Shown: one piece after another, positions 21,274-31,541 of the stretch
Layout of the letters: every line of letters begins with the position of its first letter
Position numbering within the stretch: the first letter of the stretch is position 1
Assembly: GCA_963737655.1 (NCBI GenBank)
Contig: CAVTTN010000002.1
Coordinates: 6,816,001-6,880,000 of the forward strand
Length of the DNA stretch: 64,000 bases
Origin: an uncultured Planctomycetota bacterium
GTDB lineage: Bacteria > Planctomycetota > Planctomycetia > Isosphaerales > Isosphaeraceae
Direction of reading: 5' to 3'
Translations under genes and position numbers: made by a program
The notes under the pieces: generated by a model
Told to the model about the DNA's origin: nothing
The model's input: the letters and a program-made list of their open reading frames with translations, nothing else
Database searches by the model: none

Positions 21274-21301
21274 ACCGCAGATTGTGCAGATTGCGCAGAT
21301 T
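21274..21301 (+). repeat. 9-bp tandem repeat (GCAGATT-containing, 3 copies)
   Basis: CCGCAGATT GTGCAGATT GCGCAGATT. Confidence 0.75.
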
Positions 21302-21420
21302 ATCAATAAATAGTAAATCTATAAGTCTGTTTTTGGTTTAGCGGACCCCCACTCTCCTCCGGGGGCGACGGTTCGCGGACGACCCCGCCACCCGGTCGGG
21401 CTGGGGGGCGGCCCCGGGGG

Positions 21421-22275
21421 TCAACGGCCCCGGGGTCCGGCCGGATCGATGTTCGGTCTACGAAGATCCGACATGTGTTCGATCGTCCAGCCCTTCGGGA
21501 TTTCGGTGGCGAAGTAACCGGCGGGGACCTCCGGATTCACCTCGATCGTCTCGAATCGGATGGTGCGGGACTGATGACCTCCGGCGTTGGCCTTCACGGT
21601 CCGGGGCAGGAGGGTGGCCTTGTCGAGAGTGACCTCTGCGAGCGGGGCCACCCAGACTTCGGGCCGTCCTCGAGCGGCGAAACGCAGGACGTATTGCGTC
21701 GGCGTCTCTTCCATCAGGTCGATCCGGTAGCGGCGGAGGGCGGACTCGACGTCCATCGTCAGGAAGAGAGAGGGGCCATCGGGGTCGAGCAGGTCGAGCG
21801 GCTCCGCGAAGATTGCGTAGTTGAGTTCGGAAAAAATGCCATCGACCGATCGCGCGGCCCGATCCCGTTCGTCGCGGTCCATGGCCTGAAAAATCCACAC
21901 ATGATGAGATTTTCCGTCCAAATGGGTCATTTTATGGTCATTTAAGGAAAGGCGAGCGATCAGGCGAGGCGTCCCTCCCCGCTCGTCGGCGAGGTCGAGC
22001 CGGGCCTTGTCGCGGCCATGCCAGGCGTACCAGCCGCGGAGACGCTCCGTCCGATCGAAGGCCGGGTCGCGGTTTTCGACGGCGAAACGGGCCCGGATCG
22101 ACCGGACCTCGGCGGATTTCCGGGCCCATCGGGCGAGCACGTCGTCGCGGACCGTCGCGGCGTTCGGGTCGGAGGGGGCCGGGAGGTCGGGGACGACCGC
22201 CTCCACGCCGCAGCCCTGGACGATGCCGGGGATCATGCCGAGGAGCGACCAGGAAACGACCTTCCACATCGGCAT
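21421..22275 (-). CDS. Putative lipoprotein, LolA-like fold
   Basis: Signal with VQGC; SIRARF; LDKATLLP..V, I.VNPEVP..YF..EIPKGW tail typical of LolA-like proteins. Confidence 0.6.
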   Translation of the reverse strand: MPMWKVVSWSLLGMIPGIVQGCGVEAVVPDLPAPSDPNAATVRDDVLARWARKSAEVRSIRARFAVENRDPAFDRTERLRGWYAWHGRDKARLDLADERGGTPRLIARLSLNDHKMTHLDGKSHHVWIFQAMDRDERDRAARSVDGIFSELNYAIFAEPLDLLDPDGPSLFLTMDVESALRRYRIDLMEETPTQYVLRFAARGRPEVWVAPLAEVTLDKATLLPRTVKANAGGHQSRTIRFETIEVNPEVPAGYFATEIPKGWTIEHMSDLRRPNIDPAGPRGR

Positions 22276-22371
22276 CTCCTTCCCGATCGTGTCAGGGACC
22301 GAGTCTCCGACGACGGCCGAATCTGGAGGTCCGATCGATATCAGAATCCGGCCCGCGCGACCAGAGGGATT

Positions 22372-23022
22372 TCAGGGATCGTGCCGGACCCGTCGGCCCT
22401 CGACGCGGAGCCGTCCGGCGGCGTGGAGGGCGATGGCCTCGGGGAGGGCGTCGCATTCGGCGAGGAAGACGCGGTGGGCGAGGGTTTCGGGGGTGTCGTC
22501 GTCGAGGACCGGCACGGCCTTCTGGATCACGATCGGGCCGGTGTCGTAGGTCTGGTCGGCGAAGTGGACGGTGCAGCCGGAGAGCTTCACGCCGGCCTCG
22601 ATGGCGGCCTCGTGGACCGCCCGGCCGTGGAAGCCCCGGCCCGAGAAGGCCGGGATCAGGGCGGGGTGGACGTTCAGGACCTTGCAGGCGAAGTCGTCGG
22701 GGATCTCCAGGAGCGAGAGGAAGCCGCCGAGGACCACGAGGTCGGCGCCGCGGTGGCGGATCGGGGCGAAGACGTCGGCGCTGAAGTCCTGGACCGGCCT
22801 CTTCTTGCGCTCGATGACGGCGACCGGCACCCCGGCGGCCTCGGCCCGGCCGATCGCGGCGACCCCGGCCCGGCTGGCGACGACCTGGACGACCTCGGCG
22901 GCGAGCCGGCCGTCGGCGATCCGGTCCAGGAGGTTCTGCAACGTCGTCCCCCCGCCCGACACGCAGACGGCCAGGCGGATCGGAGGGCCGACGATCGGCG
23001 GATTGCGCGGGGAATCGGGCAT
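22372..23022 (-). CDS. purN: Phosphoribosylglycinamide formyltransferase
   Basis: SGGGTTLQ, LNVHPALIPAF, SGCTVHF, YDTGPI. Confidence 0.96.
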   Translation of the reverse strand: MPDSPRNPPIVGPPIRLAVCVSGGGTTLQNLLDRIADGRLAAEVVQVVASRAGVAAIGRAEAAGVPVAVIERKKRPVQDFSADVFAPIRHRGADLVVLGGFLSLLEIPDDFACKVLNVHPALIPAFSGRGFHGRAVHEAAIEAGVKLSGCTVHFADQTYDTGPIVIQKAVPVLDDDTPETLAHRVFLAECDALPEAIALHAAGRLRVEGRRVRHDP

Positions 23023-23338
23023 CGGATGGAGGGCCGAGGGTGGAGACGGGCGGCCGTCGCGGGTCGGGACGGCCCTCGACTCTACCCGAATCGGCCCGGC
23101 CGCGGGAGGGCAGGCGGATCGGCCGATCGTCTTCAGGCCGATTTTACGTTTCTATTCGCGGTTAGATCGCGAATAGAGAACGGAAAATGATACTTTACGC
23201 GGCGAGTCTCGCGGATGGGGCCGTCGGCGATCCCCGGCCGTCGGGCGCTTGCGGGGTGGCGGGCGTGGCCCTACCCTGGAGCGCCGGGGCGGCCGGCGAC
23301 CGTCGCCGATCCACCCCCGGGGCCCGGGCCGAGGGGGC

Positions 23339-24148
23339 ATGATTCGGATGAGCGAGCGTTCCGCCGACCTGGACCTGGACCTGGAGTTCGTCAAGGCCCT
23401 CGCCGTCGAGGCCGCCGGGATCGCCCGGGAGCGGGCCGCCCTGGCGACCCCTCACGAGAAGCCGAACCATACTTATGTGACGGACCTCGACCTGGAGCTG
23501 GAGCGGTTCCTCCGGTCCCGCCTGGCCGAGCGGTTCCCCGACGACCGGCTGACGGGCGAGGAGTACGCCGCCTCGGGCGGCTCGGGGCCGAGGCGGTGGT
23601 CGATCGACCCGATCGACGGCACGGGCAACCTGGTCCACGGCCTGCCGATGTGGGCGATCAGCATCGGCCTGATCGACTCGGGCGAGCCGGTCCTGGGCGT
23701 GATCGCGGTCCCCCCCCTGAACGAGCTGTACTGGGCCACGAAAGGCGGAGGCGCGTGGCGAGACGGCCTCCGCCTGACCTGCCTGGACGCCGACGCGTTC
23801 CACGACCAGGACAACGTCTGCCTCGGCACCAACGCGATGAGGGCCGTCGATCCGAGGAGCCTCAAGGGGCGGCTGAGGGACATCGGCAGCGCCTGCTGCG
23901 AGCTGGTCTTCACGGCCGGCAACCGGCTCCAGTGCTCCACGTTCCTGGGCGAGCAGGCGCACGACGTGGCGGCCGGCTCGGTGATCGTCAGCGAGGCCGG
24001 GTGCGGGTTCGCCACGATCGACGGCCGGTATTTGACGGCGGCCGAGTTCGTCGCCGAGACCCCGGTGAGCGTCCCGACGTTCGTGGCCCCGCCGAACCGG
24101 TTGGCGGCGCTGGTGGCGACGGGGCGGAGGTACGATGTCCGGGCGTGA
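23339..24148 (+). CDS. Inositol monophosphatase family protein
   Basis: VTDLD, GEE, WSIDPIDGTGN, HDVAAG...EAG. Confidence 0.92.
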   Translation: MIRMSERSADLDLDLEFVKALAVEAAGIARERAALATPHEKPNHTYVTDLDLELERFLRSRLAERFPDDRLTGEEYAASGGSGPRRWSIDPIDGTGNLVHGLPMWAISIGLIDSGEPVLGVIAVPPLNELYWATKGGGAWRDGLRLTCLDADAFHDQDNVCLGTNAMRAVDPRSLKGRLRDIGSACCELVFTAGNRLQCSTFLGEQAHDVAAGSVIVSEAGCGFATIDGRYLTAAEFVAETPVSVPTFVAPPNRLAALVATGRRYDVRA

Positions 24149-24159
24149 GCGGCCGTTGA

Positions 24160-24756
24160 TCAGAGGTACTGGGCGAGAAAAGTGCCTCCGAAGAGGGGGA
24201 TGGTGATGATCCAGAACAGGCCCAGGGCCCGGCCCGCCCGGTCGATCCATCCTCGTTCGCTTCGCCAGCGGCCCTCGATCGCGAGCATCGCCCAGGAGAT
24301 GGCCACGCCCACGCCCACGAACGGCGAGGCGAGGCCCTCCCACTCCAGGAGGGTGCCGGCGAGGTCCTTCCAGGATGCGCCCGACCATCGCCCCGACATC
24401 CAGAGATACGCGATGACCGACGCCATCAGGACCGAGGCGGCCAGGAGGCCCAGGGAGGCGGCCAGGCAGGCGACGGCCCCCGGCTGGCGGACGATCCTCC
24501 GCCACGAGGGGCGAGGGCCCCGGAGCCTCAGGACCAGGACCGCGACCGTCCAGGCCAGGACGCACGGCAGCGCCAGGGCCGTGCCTCCGACGGCCAGCAT
24601 CCATGCCCTGTCGAACGAGGAACCCGCCTGCGGCCAGTTCCCGGTCATCGTCGGCAGGACCCGGCCGATCCACGCCAGCCCGGCGGCGGTCGCCGCCACG
24701 AGGATCATCCCGTCGGCGATCGTGAATCGCCGGCTTCCCTGCCCCGTCCGACTCAT
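24160..24756 (-). CDS. Hypothetical membrane protein (RRFTIADGMILVAA-type N-terminus)
   Basis: Five hydrophobic segments; RQPG and WIDR.GR motifs. Confidence 0.75.
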   Translation of the reverse strand: MSRTGQGSRRFTIADGMILVAATAAGLAWIGRVLPTMTGNWPQAGSSFDRAWMLAVGGTALALPCVLAWTVAVLVLRLRGPRPSWRRIVRQPGAVACLAASLGLLAASVLMASVIAYLWMSGRWSGASWKDLAGTLLEWEGLASPFVGVGVAISWAMLAIEGRWRSERGWIDRAGRALGLFWIITIPLFGGTFLAQYL

Positions 24757-24818
24757 CGTCTCGTCCCCCGAAGACTTTCGGACCCCGCGGGCCGGATCGT
24801 AACGAAGGGAGACGCCCG

Positions 24819-25301
24819 ATGCAACGCAAGATCGCCTCCTTGCCCGAATCGATGGCCGGGCTCTGCCTGATCCGCCTGGGGATGCAGGTCCGGAGGCTGT
24901 CGGCCCTGGCGTTCGCCTCGAAGATGGGCCGGGGGATCGACCGATCGGCCCGCGAGGCGATCGCGGCCGGGGCCGGGCTCCTGCATTCGGAGCGGTTCGC
25001 GTTCGGCTGGAGGCATTTCGGCGTCCTGCAATATTGGCGAGGGTTCGACGACCTGGAACAATGGGCGAGGAAGCCGCCTCACGCGGAGTGGTGGCGGGAG
25101 GCCGTCGAGAGGGAGCGGAACCGGGGGGATTTCGGCATCTATCATGAAGTCTTCCTGGTGCCGAGAGACGGCATCGAGTCGATCTACCTGAATTGCGAGC
25201 CCGTCGGCCTCGCCACGTTCGGGACGATCGGCGAGCCCGTCGGCCCGATGACCACCAGCCGGCAGAGGCTCAACCGGTCGGGCCAGGGAAGCGCCACGTA
25301 G
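24819..25301 (+). CDS. DUF4188 / monooxygenase-like protein
   Basis: QYW..FDDLEQWA...PH..WW, GIYHE, ESIYLN. Confidence 0.8.
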   Translation: MQRKIASLPESMAGLCLIRLGMQVRRLSALAFASKMGRGIDRSAREAIAAGAGLLHSERFAFGWRHFGVLQYWRGFDDLEQWARKPPHAEWWREAVERERNRGDFGIYHEVFLVPRDGIESIYLNCEPVGLATFGTIGEPVGPMTTSRQRLNRSGQGSAT

Positions 25302-25458
25302 GGTGCATGCCATGCACCAATCCCGCGCGGGCGAAGCCCGCCTTCCGTTGGGAAAGGCTGCGTTGGATCGTCGAGGAGGGGAGAGGAGTAGGCGGGGAGT
25401 GAGCGGTTGGCGGCCTTCGGCCTCCGCATGGAGAGTTGGTGCATTGCATGCACCCGAC
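25298..25458. repeat. REP family A doublet
   Basis: GTAGGGTGCATGCCATGCACC (25298) and inverted GGTGCATTGCATGCACCCGAC (25438-25458). Confidence 0.9.
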
Positions 25459-25481
25459 ATCGATTTGAGGCGATTCGATTC

Positions 25482-25895
25482 ATGGGTTCCTGGGGCGTTC
25501 GGAGCTTTGAGAACGACGACTCGGCCGACGCCCTCGACGCGGCCTATGAGCGCGTTCATGGGTCGAAGTATGAAGACCTCATGGACGATCGCAACCCGAT
25601 GCCGTTCGAAGACGTCCAGCGCAAGCTGGCGAACCCGGAGACGCTCGTTGCGGCCGTGGAATGGCTCCGCGAGGAGTTCGGCGACGACCTCGACGGTTGG
25701 GACGACGAGGCGAGGCTGGCCCTGGCCGGCGTGGTCGTCCGTCATGCGGAGGCGGGCGTGGCGATCCCGGCGGATTTGCGCGATCGCGCGGTCTCGTGGC
25801 TGGAATCGGAGGCGATCGAATGGGACGAGGCCACGGTCCGCAGGCTCCGACGGCGGAAGGAGATCGAGATGCTGACGAGGGGGGCCGGCCCTTGA
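25482..25895 (+). CDS. DUF4259-like hypothetical protein
   Basis: MGSWGVRSFENDDSAD N-terminal signature. Confidence 0.75.
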   Translation: MGSWGVRSFENDDSADALDAAYERVHGSKYEDLMDDRNPMPFEDVQRKLANPETLVAAVEWLREEFGDDLDGWDDEARLALAGVVVRHAEAGVAIPADLRDRAVSWLESEAIEWDEATVRRLRRRKEIEMLTRGAGP

Positions 25896-27130
25896 GCGAT
25901 TTGCCGAGGACGCCCGACCCGATGGCCCCCGAGGCGGCCGTCCGGGGCCGGCTGGAGTCGATCGACGTGCTCCGCGGAGTGGTCATGGCGGTGATGGTCC
26001 TGGACCACGCCCGCGACTTCTTCGGGGAGGTCCGTCGGCAACCGCTGGACCTGGCCTCGACGACCCCGGCGCTGTTCTTCACGCGATGGATCACCCATTT
26101 CTGCGCCCCCACGTTCGTGTTCCTCGCGGGGGCGGGGGTTTACCTGTACGGGATGAAGGGGCGGACCAAGGGTCAGGTGTCGTGGTTCCTGCTGTCCCGG
26201 GGGTTGTGGCTCATCTTCCTGGAATTGACGGCCGTTCGCCTCGGGCTGACGTTCGATCTGTCGTATCAATTCATCCCGTTGACGGTGATCTGGGCGATCG
26301 GGGCGTCGATGGTGGCGATGTCGGCCCTGGTGTTCCTGCCGACCGGGCTGATCCTGGCGATCGGGCTGGTCCTGATCGTCGGCCACAACGCGACCGACGG
26401 CGTGACGGTGAAGGACGACCTGCTCGGCGACCTCTGGCGGCTCCTCCATCAGCAGGCGTTGCTGCGATCGATCTCCTCGCCGGTGGTCTTCGCGCTCTAT
26501 CCGCTCGTGCCCTGGGTGGGCGTGGTGGCGGCGGGGTACGGATTCGGGTCGTTGTATCGACTGCCTCCGGAGAGGAGACGGCCGATCCTCCTGGGCCTGG
26601 GGGCGGCCCTGATCGTGGGGTTCGTGGCCCTTCGCGCGAGCAACGTTTATGGAGACCCGTCCCGGTGGATGGTCTGGGGCCGGTCCGCCGACGGCCTCCC
26701 GACGCCGGGGGCGAAGCCGCCCGACCTGCTCTGGACGTTCATGAGCTTCGTGAACTGCGCGAAGTATCCGCCGTCGCTGCTCTTCCTGATGATGACTCTG
26801 GGCCCGGCGATCGGGTTCCTCGGGCTGATCGACGGGCGGGTCGGGCCGATCGGCCGGCCCCTGGTGAGGTTGGGCCGGGTCCCGTTGTTCTATTATGTGT
26901 TGCAGTGGTGGCTTCTGCATGCGATGGCGATCGTCGTCGCCATGATCCGGGATCGGCCCTGGCGATGGCTCCTGACGAGCGGGCCATTCGAGCCGCCGGA
27001 GGGGTATGGGTCGGGCCTGCCGTTCGTGTATGCGATGTGGCTCGTGGCGCTGGCGATCCTGTACCCGGCCTCGGCCTGGTTCGCGGGGGTGAAGGCCCGG
27101 CGGAAGGACTGGTGGCTCGGATACCTGTAG
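25892..27130 (+). CDS. DUF1624 (HGSNAT-like) membrane protein
   Basis: SIDVLRG..M..M.LDH.RD, TRWITHFCAP.F, KYPPSL, WWLGYL end; TTG start overlapping upstream stop (alternative ATG 25922). Confidence 0.9.
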   Translation: MSDLPRTPDPMAPEAAVRGRLESIDVLRGVVMAVMVLDHARDFFGEVRRQPLDLASTTPALFFTRWITHFCAPTFVFLAGAGVYLYGMKGRTKGQVSWFLLSRGLWLIFLELTAVRLGLTFDLSYQFIPLTVIWAIGASMVAMSALVFLPTGLILAIGLVLIVGHNATDGVTVKDDLLGDLWRLLHQQALLRSISSPVVFALYPLVPWVGVVAAGYGFGSLYRLPPERRRPILLGLGAALIVGFVALRASNVYGDPSRWMVWGRSADGLPTPGAKPPDLLWTFMSFVNCAKYPPSLLFLMMTLGPAIGFLGLIDGRVGPIGRPLVRLGRVPLFYYVLQWWLLHAMAIVVAMIRDRPWRWLLTSGPFEPPEGYGSGLPFVYAMWLVALAILYPASAWFAGVKARRKDWWLGYL

Positions 27131-27288
27131 GGTGCATGCAATGCACCGTCATGTCGGGTGCATGAAATGCACCAACCACGCGGCGGCCATCGGCCGCCTC
27201 CCTTCTCCCTTCTCCCTTGTTCTCGATCCCAAACGCGAAGGGTCGTGGGCGGGTTTCACCCGCCCGCCACCACGGTGCATTTCCTGCC
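27127..27288. repeat. REP family A cluster (2 forward copies + degenerate inverted copy)
   Basis: Copies at 27127 and 27153; GGTGCATTTCCTGCC at 27274. Confidence 0.88.
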
Positions 27289-27295
27289 GATGGCC

Positions 27296-28822
27296 TCATT
27301 CCTCGGATTCGGGCGGGGTGGATTCGGTGATCAGCCGGTTCAGGCTTCGTCGATAGTGCCAGAGCTGGGTCCTGGGTCCGAGTTTCTTCGAGAGCTCGGC
27401 CCAGGCGGCGGAGGCGGCGAGCAGGGCGGCCTCGGGCGGAGTCCCGGCGATCGCCGCGCCCCTCGCCCTGGCGAATTCGGCGAGATAGGCGTCGGCCCCG
27501 GGGATCCTCAGGCCGGGGATGACCCGGGCATTGGTCAGGGTCTCGGCGACGGCGACGCCCCAGGCTCTTGAATCGATCCCGAGGCTCGCTCCCCCGAACG
27601 GCAGGCCGACGCCCAGGGCCGAGGAGCGGACCGGCAGCATCGGGAACGCCGGGTCGGCCTGGATCGCCCGCGACGCCTCGGGCCCGGCCAGGGTCTTGGC
27701 CAGGTCGAGCGCGGCGGCCCGGCGGTCCTTCGGCACCCTGGCGGAGACGCCCACGAGCCAGCCTCCGCCCCGGGGCAGGTACGACGGGCGGTTGGGCGTG
27801 GCCGGGGTGTCCCACTTCCGGCCGCGGGGGTCGTAGACCCGGGGCGATCCCGGGAGCCGGGCCACCCCGATCGGCACGGGGTGCTTCGCGTCGGCCCACT
27901 GGCGGACGGCCTCGGCCCGGTCGATCAACAGGGCGGCCTCGCCCGAGCGGAACGCCTTCCGCGCGTCCTGGGCCGTTCGGGGCGAGCCTCCCGGCGGCGC
28001 GAGCTTCGACCACGACGCGACCCCGGCCAGGGCCTCGACGAACGGGGGCGTCGCGATCTTCGGCTCCATCGTCCCGGAGTCGAACAGGAAGTCGTAATGA
28101 TCGGGATGGGCCCCGAGCGCCGCGGCCCGGGCGAGGACGAGCGTATCGGCGATCCCTTCGGGGTCGTCGCCCAGAGGGGCGGCGATCCCGCCTCGGGCCC
28201 GGCCCGAGCCGTCCCAGTCCCTCCCGGCGAAGAACCGGGCGAGGGCGTCGAGCTGCTCCCAGGTCTCCGGCGGCTTCAACTCCAGGCCCGTCGCGGCGGC
28301 GGCCTTGCGGTTGGTCTCCGAGTCGAAGGCGTCGCGGCGATAGGCCAGGACCAGGGCCGACCCGCCGATCGGCAGCCCCATCCGGTCATCGCCCCATTGC
28401 GAGACCTCCTCGCGCTCGCTCGGGACGATCTCGGCCAGGGCCAGGGGGTCGGGCGGCGGGGCCTCGCGAGGGCCCAGGGGCATCGGCGTGCGGATGTCCG
28501 AGTCCCTCAGGACGAGCAGGGCCTCGGACCGGACGAGGTCGCCCAGCCGGTCTCCGGGGAAGACCAGGACGTCGGCCCCGCGGAGGTTCTTGGGCCCGAC
28601 GGGTTCGGGCTCGACGGCGACCTGGCCGCCGACGGCCTGCTCCCACGCCCCTCGCCACGAGCGGATCGGCTGGAGGACCGCCGGGTCGCCGACCGCCGCC
28701 AGGGGGACGCTCACGCCCGGGAACGAGGGACGCGAAGGCCCCGAGGAGGTCGATCCCCCTCCGCAGCCGCCCATCATCGCGGCCGCCAGGCCGAGCCAGA
28801 CCATCGCAAAACCCCGACGCAT
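27296..28822 (-). CDS. Extracellular solute-binding lipoprotein (sugar ABC type)
   Basis: Lipobox MGGC; GLPIGG...LAYRRD, PPETWEQL, LPGS; no permease genes adjacent. Confidence 0.82.
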   Translation of the reverse strand: MRRGFAMVWLGLAAAMMGGCGGGSTSSGPSRPSFPGVSVPLAAVGDPAVLQPIRSWRGAWEQAVGGQVAVEPEPVGPKNLRGADVLVFPGDRLGDLVRSEALLVLRDSDIRTPMPLGPREAPPPDPLALAEIVPSEREEVSQWGDDRMGLPIGGSALVLAYRRDAFDSETNRKAAAATGLELKPPETWEQLDALARFFAGRDWDGSGRARGGIAAPLGDDPEGIADTLVLARAAALGAHPDHYDFLFDSGTMEPKIATPPFVEALAGVASWSKLAPPGGSPRTAQDARKAFRSGEAALLIDRAEAVRQWADAKHPVPIGVARLPGSPRVYDPRGRKWDTPATPNRPSYLPRGGGWLVGVSARVPKDRRAAALDLAKTLAGPEASRAIQADPAFPMLPVRSSALGVGLPFGGASLGIDSRAWGVAVAETLTNARVIPGLRIPGADAYLAEFARARGAAIAGTPPEAALLAASAAWAELSKKLGPRTQLWHYRRSLNRLITESTPPESEE

Positions 28823-29023
28823 CGGCCTTCCCTTCCTCGCGAAAACCCGGAGACGCTCCTGGACCCTCATGGTAAGGGCTGGCCGGGGGGCGGTCAAACC
28901 GGTCGGAGCAAGGGGGAACGGCCCCCGGGTCGGGAAATGCTCGGCGGGGCAGGCGCCCGGCGAACCGGATGCCTGCCCCGCGGGGTGCGTCTCTGGGGAT
29001 GTTCGGTGCGGGGAAAGATCGGA

Positions 29024-29707
29024 TCAGATGTCGATGCCGAGGCGGTAGCGGAGCTCCTCGAACTGGTCCTTGTAGACGTCGTCGGTGGAGTGGAGGTGCT
29101 CGGCCTCGGAGATGAACTTCAGGGTGTCGTCGCGGCGGAGGCCGGCGTCCCGGAGGACTTCCTCGAACGGCTCGAGGTCATGGGCGTAGACGAACAGGAG
29201 CTTGTGCTCGTCGAACTGGACCTCCATCGGGCCGCTGGGGTTCAGCGCGGCCAGGCCGGTGCAGCCGTCGTTCAGGAGCAGCTCCTCGTAGTCGTAGAGG
29301 GTGCTCTTGAGGATCACGGTATCCATGTGCTCGCGGTAGAGGTCGGCGTGGGCGCCCGGCTCGCTCTCGTGGGAGGATTCCATCACGACGTCGATCTCGT
29401 CCCCGAGGGGGTCGAGCAGGCTCATGAAGACCTCGAAGAGGCGGTCCGAGGAGACGCTCGCGGCGAGGACGGGCATGGTGTTGCCGGTCTCGGGGTCGCG
29501 ATAGACGTCCCTCCGGTATCCTTCCCTCGGCACGATCTCCAGGCCGAACGAGGGCCGGACGGCGTCGGTCAGGCTGAAATTGCCGTACTTGCCGACCTTC
29601 AGGTGAGCATCGAGCTGATCCTGGCTGAGGTCATCGAAACCGGTCCGGGGCATGCGGCCGGGGGTGGTTCGCAAGACCCGTTCGAGGAACCGTTGAAGGA
29701 AGCTCAT
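29024..29707 (-). CDS. Conserved hypothetical protein
   Basis: Strong coding bias; LLNDGC, FDEHKL, EAEHLH motifs; function not recognised. Confidence 0.78.
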   Translation of the reverse strand: MSFLQRFLERVLRTTPGRMPRTGFDDLSQDQLDAHLKVGKYGNFSLTDAVRPSFGLEIVPREGYRRDVYRDPETGNTMPVLAASVSSDRLFEVFMSLLDPLGDEIDVVMESSHESEPGAHADLYREHMDTVILKSTLYDYEELLLNDGCTGLAALNPSGPMEVQFDEHKLLFVYAHDLEPFEEVLRDAGLRRDDTLKFISEAEHLHSTDDVYKDQFEELRYRLGIDI

Positions 29708-30315
29708 GGGATTGTCGTCCCCTCCTGCCGCCAGCAGACGTCGTATGGGGTGGTCAGTCCTGGGACCGCGTCGGACGAACCCGGGGAAACTCCCCCGAGC
29801 TGAGCCATCCCGGGCATCCGTCCGACACCGCGCCCAAGGGGACGAATCCACCCCGGGGACGGTCGCCTCTCCCTCGGCACCGCTCGTTCACCGTTCTCCT
29901 ATATATACCATGTAAGACGCCGAAAACCCGCCGGGCCCGAGAAACAAATTGAAGCCCCTCGGGCGGGCGGGCCGATGCGTTCGCGAAGATGTCGATCCGT
30001 TCGGCGCCCGGAGTCGGTCCGAGCGTGAAAGGGACTTGTCGCAACTGCGATGCCAACGCCCCTCATGAGTCCTCCTCGGCGGCCTGTCGGCCCGAAACGG
30101 CCGGGACTTGAGGCGAATTTCGAGAGATCCGCCGGGCGATCGGTCGGCCCTCGGCCTGGTACATTGTTCAAGACGGGGGCCGACCGGCCTTGTGACCCCT
30201 CGGCGGCTTCCCATCTCCGAACCTACGGCGCGCGTTTCGGGAAAGCAACGGACCGACCGGCCCGATCGGTCGGTTCCTCGCGACGAGCGGGCCCCCGTCC
30301 CTCCGGCTCGCTCGA

Positions 30316-30570
30316 TCACCACCATTTCGGCCCGCGTTCGCCCAGCGCCACCTTGGCGGCGTGGACCCGCGCCCGGGCGTCTCGCTCGGCGGCCTGGTCC
30401 TTGGCCTTCAGGGCCCGGCCGACGTCCCCCCGGGCCCTCATCAGCTCGGAGACCAGCCGTTTTCGCTCGGCTTCGGGCAGGTTCGGGTTGGTCGCCCGCC
30501 ACTTCCGGCCGTCGATCAGGACGTGATGGCCATCGGGCGTCGGCTCGACGGTCTTCTTCGATTTCGCCAT
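30316..30570 (-). CDS. Small hypothetical protein
   Basis: TPDGH..IDGRKWRATNP...LMRAR...KVALGERG.KWW, 84 aa. Confidence 0.78.
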   Translation of the reverse strand: MAKSKKTVEPTPDGHHVLIDGRKWRATNPNLPEAERKRLVSELMRARGDVGRALKAKDQAAERDARARVHAAKVALGERGPKWW

Positions 30571-30662
30571 GATCGAAAACGCCCCGAGGGGCCGTCGGAC
30601 TCGTCCCGATCGGCCCCTCGGTCGTGTTCTCTCCGCAATCGACGCGCCTTGCCCGGTTCGGC

Positions 30663-31423
30663 TCAGCGGCGGTCCTGGAGCTTCATCAGGAGCCGGACGA
30701 TCGAGATATACAGCCAGATCAGCGTGACCATCAGGCCGAACGCGCCGTACCACTCCATCGACTTCGGCGCCTCGTAGCGGCGCTCTTCTCGATGAAGTCG
30801 AAGTCCAGCAAGAGGTTGAACGCCGCGAGGCCGACGACGAACACGCTGAAGGCGATGCCGAACTTCGAGGTGCTGTTGATGAAGTTCGTCCCGCCGTTGA
30901 AGCCGACGAGGCTGGCGAGCATCGAGAACAGGAAGAACAGGCACAACGCCCCGGTCGCCGCCCCGATCATCGCCGCGACCTTGCCGGTCACCTTGATCAA
31001 CCCGGTGGCGTAGAGCGTGAACATCACGAACGACGCGCCGAAGGTCAGCGAGACGGCCTGGAACGGCAGGCCGGGATAATACTTGTTGACCACGTTGGAG
31101 AACGAGCCGAGGAACACGCCCTCCAACGCGGCGTAGATCGGGGCGGTGACCGGGGCCCACGTCGGCTTGAAGCAGGTGACCATCGCGAAGACGAAGCCGA
31201 ACAGGGCGGCCGTGAAGGCGACGCCCTGGCCCAGGGCGCCCTGGTCGGTGTAGACCCACGACGCCGTGGCGGTGGCCGTGGTGATCAGCAGGAGCGCCAG
31301 CGCCTTGCCGGCCGTCCCCTGGACGGTCATCGCCGTGGATCGCTTCTCGGCGTGGGCCCAATCGTCGAAGATCGTGTTGCCGAAGGCGGGATTCGAGGTC
31401 TGGAAATTGCCGAGAGACGACAT
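30663..31423 (-). CDS. Bax inhibitor-1/YccA family membrane protein; apparent frameshift near 30780
   Basis: TSNPAF, MTVQGT, YAALEG, NLLLDFDFIE joins YEAPKSMEWYGAFGLMVTLIWLY in adjacent frame. Confidence 0.9.
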
Positions 31424-31541
31424 GATTCGGGACTCCTTCAGCCTCTGAATACGGACCGGGCCCCGAATCGGTTCGGCCGCGACCCGCGGGCGGACCCGGT
31501 CCCCTTTCCGTCATTGTGGCCCCGGTCGGCCCGGTTGGCAA

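Noticed and set aside
29710..30310. 600-bp intergenic gap as a candidate ncRNA
   Set aside because: No recognisable RNA family motif or long stem; likely promoter/leader region (AT-rich patch at 29895-29915)
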